Below, piece by piece: positions 1 to 10,785 of a stretch of DNA of 64,000 nucleotides; within the stretch, counting starts at the first letter, position 1, and each line of letters starts with the position of its first letter. The stretch is taken from positions 43,524,001 through 43,588,000 of the forward strand of contig NC_059426.1 of assembly GCF_021028975.2 (NCBI RefSeq). Direction: 5' to 3'. Origin of the DNA: Sphaerodactylus townsendi. Its lineage: Eukaryota. Both the position numbers and the translations under genes were made by a program. A model generated the notes under the pieces. The model was not told where the DNA came from. It saw only the letters and a list, made by a program, of their open reading frames with translations, and ran no database searches.

Positions 1-3000
1 TTATTTTCTTCTGGTAAACATGAATAAGATTAAGTACTGCTGAAAAACTAAGCAGGTGGATTAATTTAAATCAAACTATTTCTTGAACAGGAAAGCATAC
101 TAACTGGTTGCTACAACAATTCACATTAAGGTCTAAATTCCAGATTTCAACAGCTTTGCATTGAAGCAACTCAGTATAGGATTGCACTTTTCGTAGTGCT
201 TTAAAATAACAGCATTTCTGCAAGACATGGATAATCAATGTCCATTGTTTAAGAGTCTACATATTCCTATTTTGCACAACAAAATTATTGTGACATTTAT
301 ACATGCACATCTCCATGGAAAGTCACATTTCTGCCATGATTTGAACACTTACATAGAAAAATTATGGCTGCAACTTGGTTAACTCTGATACTGTATCATA
401 CCATAGTTTAATATGAAATGTGGTTTTCAAACCCCACTCCAAATAATGACTTTTGATGGTTGTTTGCTTGCCAGCCATGCAAGATTAATATTAACCAGCA
501 TTTAACCATTTTATGAAAACTACACCAAGTTTGATATCTTTACAATATATGCTGATTTGTTTCCACATTTACCTCCCTTCATAACCTGGGACTCTGAGAC
601 AGTCTCTGCCCACACAAACCTATAAGACGGCACCCATCCATGACTGCATCCAGACTTGGTCCACTTTTGTTCAGACTTGGGTGTTCTCGGTGTTCTCTTC
701 TATTTCATGTACCTGCCTCCAATAAGCAACTATTGTTCAAAGATTCCAGAAATTTTATAAAGCTGAACTGAGGGTGCTTTTAATAGTCTTTGATAATGAA
801 CAGCTATTTTTGTTGAATAATTAGTGAGTCTGATTTTTTGTACTTCATGTTTTTAACCTAAGTGGGTTTATGATAAAAGCTGCTTTGAATCCTGTAGGGC
901 AGAAGAAAAACATGGTATAAATATTTTAAAATAGGTAAACTGGTACAGCATGCCAAGGTTTCCTTAATCATACATTGCCGCTTCTAAAATGAGTCGTCGT
1001 GTTCAAGTCAATTCTGCTTCCAGAGGAAATAGTATAATTTTAGATGCTAATTATAAATGATACATTTTATATTGTTAAAGCTGTAAGATATTTGTCACAT
1101 ACATTTCCATGTTTCTCAACAAAACACTTCTCAAAAGAAAAAGGAAAAATGTGTACTTTCCCATAGCATGAAACTTTCCAGAAGTTTTACATATGCACTA
1201 TGGTAATCTACCCTGGGTGTCAGAGCAATATGGGCAGAACAAGCACAATTTACCAACTGACTGTCTATTTGGTGGTGAACCAGGAAGGTTTTCTGATGTT
1301 TCTCCTTTGATTCTTCACTCTGCAAAGCTGACTGGTTGGCTGCATGGAGGTGTGGAGCATCATTTTCAAATTACTTTCTCATTCATCTGCAAATCTGTCT
1401 CCCTAAGACAATTTGTTTCATTCATTTGCTTGCCTCCTTCACAACTGTCCTTGACAGCTACAGCTTTGGAGACAAAACCCTGCAATATATGCAGATAGGC
1501 TGAACACATGCTCAAAATTTAACATCAGTCTTAACATGTTCTGTTTGAGGGTGAGAAGGAAATCCTGACATCTGAGCACTTGACATCCAGAAAACGTGGA
1601 AACAGGAAGCAGGGTGAGTTTTCTATCCCCAGCGGAGAGCCCACTATTTAGTTCGAGGACTTCTAAAGCTGTCAAAAGACAAGGCAACATGTGCCATGTG
1701 TTCAAGCCTGAAGGATCTCAGGAAGGACTGTAACAGCAAAAACTTTGCAAACTCTTAATGACAGGTTACATAAGAAAGAACATTTTGGAACAAAGATAAT
1801 ATTGAGAAAATACTGAAGACTGGCAATATCCTGGCAGCTGTAGCTGGTACAGTTACTTAAGTTCATATCATATGCAGAGTAGCTAACTGTGACTGTCCCC
1901 AAGAATAATTATGACTGAGTCCATGATGTACCTTCTCACATTCAACCAGAAGAAAATATCTATTTCATTAATTAACTTGTTCTAACTGTTGGAAGGATTA
2001 ACTATATATCATTGATTAGGAAGTCTGTGAAATTCAAGTGGAAATATGAAAAGAAAACTTGGTTTAAATCCATTATCTACATTATTGTCTTCTTTCTCTT
2101 AGTGATTAGCCCCTCTTGGATTCAGATCAGTTTATACTGAAACTGTAGCAACTCTCCTGTGTGCAGGACTCTAGTTATGGGTTCCAAGTACTCTGGTAGG
2201 AAAATGTGGCTACTAGTACTAAAACCTTACAGCAAAAAAGTTATTTGAAATGGGAGGCTTGGGCTGTAACACACACTGACATATTAAAAAAATTTCAACC
2301 TGACTCTCCTGATGTAATAGGCAGCTGACTATCTGCAAGTAGCACTGTTAGTTTGAAAAAAAAAGATGAGCATATAGATCTATGCATGTCTGATGAAAAA
2401 CGATAATGATTTATACATGTCTTTCTCTATCTTAAGCAGTATCTGAGAAATGTACAAAATAAATTACTTATAACCCTCCCAAACATTTTTAAAAACACAT
2501 ATGCAGAAAACATCCCTAAGAAAAATCACTGCCTTCAACCACTTGGAAAAATAGGCGTTAAACAAGAAGTTAGAATAGTCAGATGTGGCTGAAATGCTTC
2601 TAATGCAGTAATAACACAGAGTATAGTGCCCTCAACACCTTTCATTTTGTAAAAGCTAGGATTCCACACAGTGTCTTCAGATCCGAGGAAGTGGGAAGAA
2701 CATAAGAAATAGTTCCCCAAGGTAAGTGACCATGTATAACTTTAAACTAAATCAACAGAATTTTGAATGGGGTACAGTAACAAATAAGCAAAAGTTAAGA
2801 ATGGCTTTCCTGAAGGCTGTTTCTATTCGAACCGTAAAATTATTTTGCTCTAACTTAAGCTTCTGAACAGTCTTCAAGAGGCAACCCCACTCAGATTACA
2901 GCAGTCAATAAATAAAGTTATAAAATATTAAGAGACAAAAATCCATTTCAAAGTAGTGGAGGCTGCTGACTCATCAGCCAAAGTTGGTAAAAATAACAGT

Positions 3001-3289
3001 GACCACTGCCACCAGCAGAAGTAAATCAGAGTTGAGGAGAGCTCTGAGAGCAGGCACCTTCCATTTCGGGGATAGGGAAATGCTCATAGGAAATGCTCCT
3101 TCCATTTCCGGGATAGGAACAGGTGGAACCAATAGCCATTCAATTACCCTACCTATATGCTGACTGAATTACGTTTCAATTAAGCCTCGTTTATCCAGTA
3201 ATATGTTTGGACCTTTGAGACCTTTGTGTTTGAGCCTCCCTTACACAATCTGACTAAATTCATAGTGAGGCACAGAATCAACATTGGCC

Positions 3290-3470
3290 AAATAACCACC
3301 AAGCCGCTGCTTAAAAACTTCCAAAGGAGGCCCAACTATCTCCTGAGGAAGCCTGTTCCACTGAGGAACCACTCTGTCAGGAAGTTCTTCCTAATAATTA
3401 GCCAGAAGAAAGAGCTTTCTGTGGTTCCTCAGTGGAACAGGCTTTCCTGGAAAATGGCAGGCTCTCCATT
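3290..3470. repeat. Two oppositely oriented CR1 3' fragments forming an inverted repeat
   Basis: gcctgttccactgaggaaccac (3351-3372) and gtggttcctcagtggaacaggc (3421-3442), within CR1-like context. Confidence 0.6.
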
Positions 3471-4124
3471 CTTACAGCATAGCCACAACATGATGTAATT
3501 TACAAGCCACACTGGAAGAAATGTCACTGCATCATAGTCAAGGCCCAGTGTAAGTCTCAGACTGGCACTGCACTCATGACACAAACACTAAAAGGGAGAA
3601 TCTACTCCCAGAAACAGGAATGTAAGGACAACACAATCCACAGGAAAACAAGGGAGAGGGACATCCCAACCTCAAGCTAGGTCTGCCAAAACTAGTCCTT
3701 CCAGCCACCTCCCTGACCCCCATGCTGTTCTTTCAACAACCCCATCTTCTACTAGCTGCAAGTAAGCACAGTGCAGAAGGGGTTGGGGCCTGGCAGAAAT
3801 GCTGGCACTAGATAACTATGTGGTCAGCGAAATACCATGGCACTATAGCCCCTTCCACTGCAACTGTGGCACAAGAAGCACAACTACAGTCAAGACTGGA
3901 TACCAGTCACTCCACTCTGACCTATGCGAATGCTGACCAAATACTAGGATGTGTATTGCCTTGCAGGATCCGAGACTCATGCAGTAGCCCTAGCAGACAA
4001 CGCAGATACGGCTCCACTACAACTCAGTGGTTATGTTCTGTCCCCCCAACAGGCACAGCCTATCATGTGGGAACTCCCAAGGCTGTGGGAGAATTGGCTA
4101 TTGGTCACTTACCATGAAGAGCCT

Positions 4125-4245
4125 TTCTCCAGGCAGATGTAGGAAGTCTCTGATGGGTATTCCTGTGCTCTGCTACCAGGAGGCAGGATCTTTTAAAAAC
4201 TATTGCTTCCCGTTGACCCCTTGCCGGAGGTTAAGTCCCCAGTTG
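4125..4245. repeat. DIRS 3' ITR (inverted copy of 8732-8851), with a ~30-nt terminal extension at 4094-4124
   Basis: ttctccaggcagatgtaggaagtctctgatgggtattcctg...ccggaggttaagtccccagttg is the near-exact reverse complement of 8732-8851. Confidence 0.93.
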
Positions 4246-4382
4246 CGAACTGACCACGTAGTCTGAACAAACAACACTCAAGAAAAACAATCTTAAACAA
4301 CTGATCTAACTCACTAACAGCAAGGGAATTCAGAACTAGAGAATTTTCTGACCTGGCTGGAAAACTGCTCCAAGGGAGGGTC

Positions 4383-4471
4383 GAGACTTCCTACGTCTGC
4401 CTGGAGAAAGGCTCTTCACGGTAAGTGACCAATAGCTGATTCTCCAGGAGACAAAGGAAGTCTCTGATGGG
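4383..4471. repeat. DIRS internal complementary region (ICR)
   Basis: gagacttcctacgtctgcctggagaaaggctcttcacggtaagtgaccaatagc is complementary to the left end (~4094-4150), and is joined to ttctccaggagacaaaggaagtctctgatggg, complementary to the right end (~8820-8851). Confidence 0.92.
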
Positions 4472-4510
4472 ACCTACAACGCAGTGTCCCTGCTCCCCGG
4501 GTGGGAATTC

Positions 4511-5790
4511 TCAGTTCTCCTTGACCAGGTCCAGAATCTTGGTGCCGAAGGCAGTCTGAACTGCGGACCAAGAATCTAACCTATAATGTTTTACAAAGGT
4601 AGATGAGGAGGACCAAATGGCCGCTCTGCAGATTTCCTCGACCGGAATTTGCTGTCTGATCACTGCATTGATAGCGGCACATCGGACAGAGTGAGCCGTA
4701 ATTTTGTGGGAACTGATAATTTGGTGGAAGCATAAGCCTCTGCAATACAGGTGCGAATAGCGTTGCTTACTGCCGCACCTGACATTTGGTCACCCAATCT
4801 CAGATGAGTCACATTGATGAACAAGCTATTGGATGTCCTGATAGTTTCTGTACACAGCAGAAACATTATCAGGGCTCTGTGGACGTCTAATTTGTGCCAC
4901 AGTCTTTCTCTATCATTAGCTGGTTTTGGATAGAAAACAAGAAGCACTATCTCCTGCCCTAAATGAAAGGGAGAACTGGCTTTGGGTTGGAAGGATGGAT
5001 CTGATCGCAGGGTGACCCTATCCGGGTGGATTGTGCAGCATGCAGGGGAAATGTTGAGTGACCTAAGTTCTAAGACTCTTCTAGCTGACGTTAGAGCCAC
5101 TAGAAAAAGGAGTTTCATTCTCAACCAACGGAGATGTATTGAGCGTATTGGCTCAAAAGGGGATCTAGTCAGTGCCAATAATACGGTGTGCAGATTCCAG
5201 GAGGGGAACCTGTGGATCTTGGGCGCTTGCGTTTGGGAGACTCCTTTTAAGAATCTCAGGATGTCCGGGTGCACCGAAATACGGTATCCCTGGACTTTGG
5301 GCCATACAGTGGATAAACCTGCTAACTGCCTGCGGAGCGTTGAAGCTCTAAGCCCTTCTGCTACCTGAAGGAAATCTAAAATGTGAGCCAGTCCCGGTTT
5401 TTCGGGGTCTATCTTCCTCCTGTTGGCCCAAGGCACGAACACCTTCCATGTATAATCATAGATTCGAGTGGTGGACCTGCGCCTAGAACCTAAAATGGTT
5501 TGTACTACCTGAACTGAATAGGCTTTTTTCTCTAACCTTAACCTCTCAATAGCCTTGTGGTTAGGTGTAACCTGTCCGGGTGCCACACTGGGCCGTGGGT
5601 GAGGAGGTCCGGTCTGGATGGGAGGGGAATTGGTTCTCCTACTGCAAGTTCTAAGATTGTGGAGAACCACAGTCTCCGTGGCCAGTATGGGGCTATCAGG
5701 ATCATGAGAGACCGTTCCTGAAACAACCGTCTCAGGAGCCTTGGCAACAGAGGGATCGGAGGGAACAAAAAAACCGTCTCTTGAGGCCAA
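4511..5790 (-). pseudogene. DIRS tyrosine recombinase, one frameshift near 4705
   Basis: ORF 4660-5790 has the SAM-like N-domain (STTRIYDYTWKVF...W), LVALTSARRV and FQPK. The shifted frame continues ITAHSVR...AAIWSSSSTFVKHYRLD...EN* (stop 4511-4513), supplying the H-x-x-R, W and catalytic Y residues. Confidence 0.9.
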
Positions 5791-7140
5791 GGGCTGTGAG
5801 AGCGTTGGTTGCTATTGCTGCCTGGCAGAAGCAGCGGGACATGAACTGCTGTAATTGAGCGTTGTTCTGGGAAGCGAACAGGTCGACCTTCGGGGTTGGG
5901 AAATGCGTCATGAGCTGTTGGAAAACGTCCGGAAGAAGTGCCCATTCCGCATTGTCCAAAGTCAGTCAACTGAGCCAGTCTGCTCTGGTGTTCAGTTGCC
6001 CCTTGATGTATTCCGCTTGGATTGACAAAAGATTGGACTCGGCCCAGTTCATAATCTTGTCTGCTTCCTTCTGGAGTGGTTGCGACCTGGACCCTCCCTG
6101 ATGGTTTATATAAGCCCTGGAGGCTATATTGTCCGTTCGGATTAATACTTGATGTAAGACTAAGTCCTTGAAGTGGAGGAGAGCCAGAAAAATCGTGGGA
6201 GTCTCCAATAGGTTGATGGGAAGAGTTCTCTGGCCGGCGACCCTGAACCACCTGCGACCCCAGGGTGGCCCCCCATCTAGTTAGACTGGCATGTGTAAAG
6301 ATTTGAATTCATTCTCGGACTAGATAAACCTTCCCCTGGGTAGGATTGTGCAGCCTGGTCCACCATCAGAGGTGGGATTTTAGTGAGGGGGGGATGAGGA
6401 TCTGTTGATCTAATTTGTGTGTGATGCCCCATTGGTACTGCCGTAGGAAGGCCTGGAGGGGCCTTGCGTGCATTCTTGCCCATTGAACAGCGTCGATGGC
6501 CGCTATCATTTGGCCTAGAATGCTCGCCAGATGCATCCGAGACAGTTGTTTTCTGGAGATGAGTAGAGAAACTTTCTTCTGAATTTTGAGAGCCTTGGAA
6601 GGAAAAGGGAGTTTAATCTTGTGTCTACAACTACACCTAGGTGCTCCATTCTGCAAGTGGGTGTGAGAGAGCTTTTGGCGTAGTTTATTAGGAATCCGAA
6701 TTGCTGAAGGGTTTGCTTTACCAATTGAACGTCTGCTAGTGCTTTGGTTTTGGATCGAATTAAGTTATCGTCCAAATATGGATGGATGTGGATTCCCTGT
6801 TGTCTTAGTCGAATTATGAGGGGCAGTAGAATTTTGGAGAAAACTCAGGGGGCAGATGCGAGCCTGAAGGGTAAAGCCTTGAACTGGAAGTGTTCCTGAT
6901 TCACAGCAAAATGGAGAAACTTTCTGTGGTTTGGGTGGATGGGGACATGGAGGGTGAGGTTGAGGGAAGTGAGGTCAAGGAAAGTGAGGAATTCCCCTTC
7001 CCTGATGGATGCTGTGATCGTGCGCAGCGTTTCCATCTTGAATTTCGCGACCCTTATGTGTACATTTACATATTGTAGATTGAGGATCGCCCTCCAGTCC
7101 CCTGATTTTTTCAGGACTGTGAAGAAGTGTGAGTAAGTTC
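5538..7140 (-). pseudogene. DIRS pol: reverse transcriptase, RNase H and Dam-like methyltransferase domain, fragmented
   Basis: Motifs across frames: YSHFFTVLKKSGDWRAILNL, FKMETLRTI, FQFKALPF, PYLDD (5' of ORF 6515-6775), GFLINYAKS, VLIRTDN..AYINHQGG, YIKGQLNTRADWLS (RNase H), PKVDLFAS and FPPIPLL...LIAPYWPRRLWF (MT). Confidence 0.9.
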
Positions 7141-8430
7141 CAGCGTGCCTGTGGAGTCCGCTAGAAATGAGGCACCTATTTTTACTCTGTCAATACCCTC
7201 TTTGATGGTTCTGTGCTCGGGAGGAAGGAGCTCTGAAATCCTCTTTAGCCAAGCCAGGAGTGCTCTGACCACAGTTGCAGAAGGCAGGAGGGCCTTCATA
7301 GACATGGCCAAGCCATGTGCTCTTTTGAGATGCACATCGGCTTTCCTGTCCTGGGCATCTTTAATGGAGCCATCCCCATCTCTGGAGACCAGACTGCCAG
7401 ATTGGATGGAAGCAATAGGTGCATCCACTAGAGGGACCTGTAGGCATTTGTTTATGTAGTTTGGAAGGGCATATAGCTTTTTGGCTAATGGAGGGACGTT
7501 CTTGCTGACGGTGGGATTTTGCTACTCTTTCCTTATTCTTTTTTCAAAAGCTTCTGGGATTGGAAAGCAGGATTTATCAGTCCCATCCTGAGGAAAATAG
7601 TCCTGGTTCCCTTTAGGTCTGCCCTGAATAAGTTTAAGTTGCTGCAAATTTGGGACCTCCTCTGTTTCTGCAGAGTCTTGCAAATCCAAAGCCGAAATAG
7701 TCTTGGAAATAAGGAACGGCAGGTCCTCAACTTTGAAAAATTGGAGTATGATCGTTAAGTATGATCGTAGGCCTCGACCTGACCCTCTTCTGAGGCGGAG
7801 AATTGCTCCGTCTGTTCTTGACATTCCCCCTCGCTAAGGTTTGCATCACTATCATGAAGTTGTGCTGACTGAGGGCCTCCAGCTGGGCAGCCTAGTTCAT
7901 GAACTGCGGTGCTCTGTTGTTGACTGAGTTGCTGAATAATTAGGTTAGCAAACTGCAAAGGGGAGCGGGTACTCCAAGCCCCTGGGTTGTCTGACAAGGT
8001 GGGGTTGACCTGTCCTCCCTCCTGTGGGGCACCAGGGTTGGACTGCGTAATGTTAACATTTCCCTCTGAACTAGGTACTTGCCGTGATTCAGGAGGCTGC
8101 TATATCTCAGTCTCGACGTGCTTACGCTTCTTGGTCGCCTTGCGCCCCTGGTTGGCATTAGGAGACCCCGCGCGTTTAGAGCTGTTGCCCTTGTGCGGTC
8201 GGGGTTGTTGGTCCACCGATTTATAGCGCCCAGATTTGAACTGCTGACAGTTGGACGTGGAGGCTTTGCTTTCAGAAGGAGCATTCCTACCTGACCCTGG
8301 CTGGGAGGAGGAAGCTCTGGCCATCGAGGCTCTTGTAGACTCTGCGGCTGTGCGTGTGAAAGTCTCTCCCTTGGGAGAGAAGTGGCCGTCTGCCGTCCTT
8401 GTCGCCAACTGTGTAGAAGTGCCTCGCAAG
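7141..8430 (-). pseudogene. DIRS gag-like ORF1 (LAP2alpha-C-terminal-like region), fragmented and 3'-truncated
   Basis: Low-complexity N-terminal pieces, then CFPIPEAFEKRIRKE, KKLYALP, and DAPIASIQ...KDAQDRKADVHLKRAH...ASFLAD, typical of vertebrate DIRS gag. Confidence 0.75.
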
Positions 8431-8731
8431 GAACGGCCCGCCTTGCCAAAAACAGCCTCCTGGAACCGCTGCGCAAAGCGCAGGTTCTCTCAGGCAAGGA
8501 AAAGCGGCGTTCAAAATGGCGCCCGCTCAGTCGAGCAAGTCCCCGAGAGGGAACTGAAGGATCTGCGTTGCTCCCACAACAACAATGCGGGAAAAGAAGG
8601 GGAGGGAGGGAGGAAAGGTAAGACACACCAACACGAGGAAAAAATAACAAGGGAAGCAAAAAACTAGAGCCCGGCCAAAAAACGCTGAGGAGCTCTAAGA
8701 AAACCCTTGCACTCCTTCAGAGGCAGGAAGT

Positions 8732-8851
8732 CAACAGGAGACTTAACCTCCGGCAAGGGGTCAACGGGAAGCAATCGTTTTTAAAAGATCCTGCCTCCTG
8801 GTAGCAGAGAACAGGAATACCCATCAGAGACTTTCTACGTCTCCTGGAGAA
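8732..8851. repeat. DIRS 5' ITR
   Basis: caacaggagacttaacctccggcaagggg...cccatcagagactttctacgtctcctggagaa is the reverse complement of 4125-4245. Confidence 0.93.
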
Positions 8852-10059
8852 GCTGCATTCGCCACAAAAGTACAACATGGAGACCCTTTAGATGTCACTT
8901 ACTATCTGATGCTACTATGGAGTTTATTTATTACTATCCTTATGCCTGTTTGGACTCTGTCCACAGTGCAATGCCAATAATGTGCTGTACCTCCAACACT
9001 ACCACCAGCTGCAGTGACCAGTATGCATCTTAGTGCCCTGCTGTGAGGTTGACAGTTCTCTTGTTGCTTTTTTTCAAGACTCAACGGAAAGTTATCCAAC
9101 TAACCCAGCTACGGAGCAACTCTATGTGTTGTCTGTTAGTTCAACCTGAAAAGACACACAATCCATACTAGAGCAAGAGAACTGTCAACCTTTGCTTTCA
9201 GTACTCCTCTGATATAATTCAACCAATGTATAAATTGTGACAAAGAAGTGTGTGGAGTTTGAGAGACTCACTGTGGGAGGGGATTATGGGATGCTCCAAT
9301 ATATGTACAGGTATGTTCTTGCCATCCACTGATACTAACTGGGACATGATAAGCCATGTAACTTGCAAAAGGCTGGGGACAGGGAGAACGGACTGAATGT
9401 CAAGGTTGCTTGGGCAAATGGCAATAATGAGCTCTGAGTGGAGTATGGAGGTCTGCCAGCCAAAATGATGGAGCAGTCGATCAGTGGCCTATTTCAAGTG
9501 ATTGTAGGATGAGAGAAAATTTCAGTTGTGTTTGAGGACTTGGTCCAGACTGCCTCAGTGATATCATCTTGGGGATTTTTAATTAAAGGCCTTCGTATGC
9601 TATCCTGACACATTTCTACAGTACCATGTTTTTCTTTGAAGATTTTGCGCACCATGTGGCTGGTACTGATGGCAGTGCTGCCAGTGGCTGCCAAATCCCT
9701 ATGCTGTGCCTTGTTCCTTTGTACTGATTTCGGTAGAGAGCTGTTCCCTTATCTGCGAGATATGGGAGACTCTCATAGCTGCTTTGCCTGTTGCTGGCCA
9801 AAAGATAAGCTTTGCCTTCTTGACAGTATCCCCCAGAGGTGGGATGCAGCCTATTTGCACCTATTCGGTAGAACCGGTTACGAAAATTTTCCTCAGTTTG
9901 GAAAATTGGTTATTAATGATTAACTCCACTAGGGACAGGGGGTAATCTCTGTCCGTGGGTACAACAAATGTCGTCAAGTGGGAGATGCAAAATCGCCCCC
10001 AGGGCCCCCTGCCCCCCATGGCACCCCCCACGTGTGTATAAACTGTATGAAATAATACA

Positions 10060-10452
10060 ATATATAGTAATTCTATTTTTTTTGTTCATTGGTATAAAGG
10101 TTGGGAAAGAACTATAGGTAAAGATTTTTCATTTTCTTTTTTTCCCTTGAAATTTATATTAAAAAGAGAGGAGTTTAAACTACTCTTTTAGATTAAGGAT
10201 TTTGGATCTCTCCCTCTGTTAGTTTTCTTTCAAGTGGAATAGATAAAGTAGTTATAGGAATCTGAAGGGGGAGTAGAAAGTAGGGAGGGAGGGAAATATG
10301 GGAAGGAGGGAGGCAATATAGGATGTTTTAGTTGGGGGGATTGAGAGAGATAGACAATTAGATATGTTTGTAATAGGTTAACAATTGTAAACAGTTTTTG
10401 TTTCTCTCCTTATGTTATTATTTAAAATCAATCAATATAATTATATTAAAAA
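10060..10452 (+). mobile_element. 5'-truncated LINE (L1/Tx1-like) 3'UTR nested in the hAT element
   Basis: AT/purine-rich segment ending in an A-rich tail, flanked by an 11-bp direct repeat GAAATAATACA (10049-10059 and 10453-10463). Confidence 0.65.
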
Positions 10453-10642
10453 GAAATAATACACTACCATACGGTATATTGCTTTTTTAATACTTTAAAC
10501 AGTCATTATTTGAATCTAAAGGCGAGACAAAGGGGAACTGCACCTGGGGCGGGCGAGCCCTGCGTCCTTGCCACAGCCCGCCCAGGAATGCCCTGCCCCT
10601 GGAATGCATGGCCACGCCCCATTGTGCCCTGCCCAGCCCCAT

Positions 10643-10785
10643 TATAAGAACATAAGAACAAGCCAGCTGGATCAGACCAGAGTCCATCTAGTCCAGCTCT
10701 CTGCTACTCGCAGTGGCCCACCAGGTGCCTTTGGGAGCTCACATGCAGGATGTGAAAGCAATGGCCTTCTGCGGCTGTTGCTCCC
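10643..10785 (-). mobile_element. CR1-type 3' end fragment nested in the hAT element
   Basis: ataagaacataagaacaagccagctggatcagaccagagtccatctagtccagc is the reverse of the squamate CR1 (TTCTTATG)n tail and 3'UTR. Confidence 0.7.

Larger units (their letters stand above)
4094..8851 (-). mobile_element. DIRS1-type tyrosine-recombinase retrotransposon; termini intact, ORFs disrupted, internal deletion
   Basis: Inverted terminal repeats 4125-4245 and 8732-8851; internal complementary region 4383-4471; gag, RT/RNase H/MT and YR remnants in DIRS order on the minus strand; GGAGAA at both junctions. Confidence 0.95.

Noticed and set aside
4982-8667. Plus-strand ORFs within the DIRS (e.g. 4982-5368, 7145-7459, 8251-8667)
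   Set aside because: Antisense shadows of YR, pol and gag with no independent motifs.
9636-9833. Signal-peptide-like stretch plus Cys-rich segment suggesting an endogenous viral glycoprotein
   Set aside because: No fusion-protein, polymerase or capsid motifs nearby; the ordered protease motifs explain the region better.
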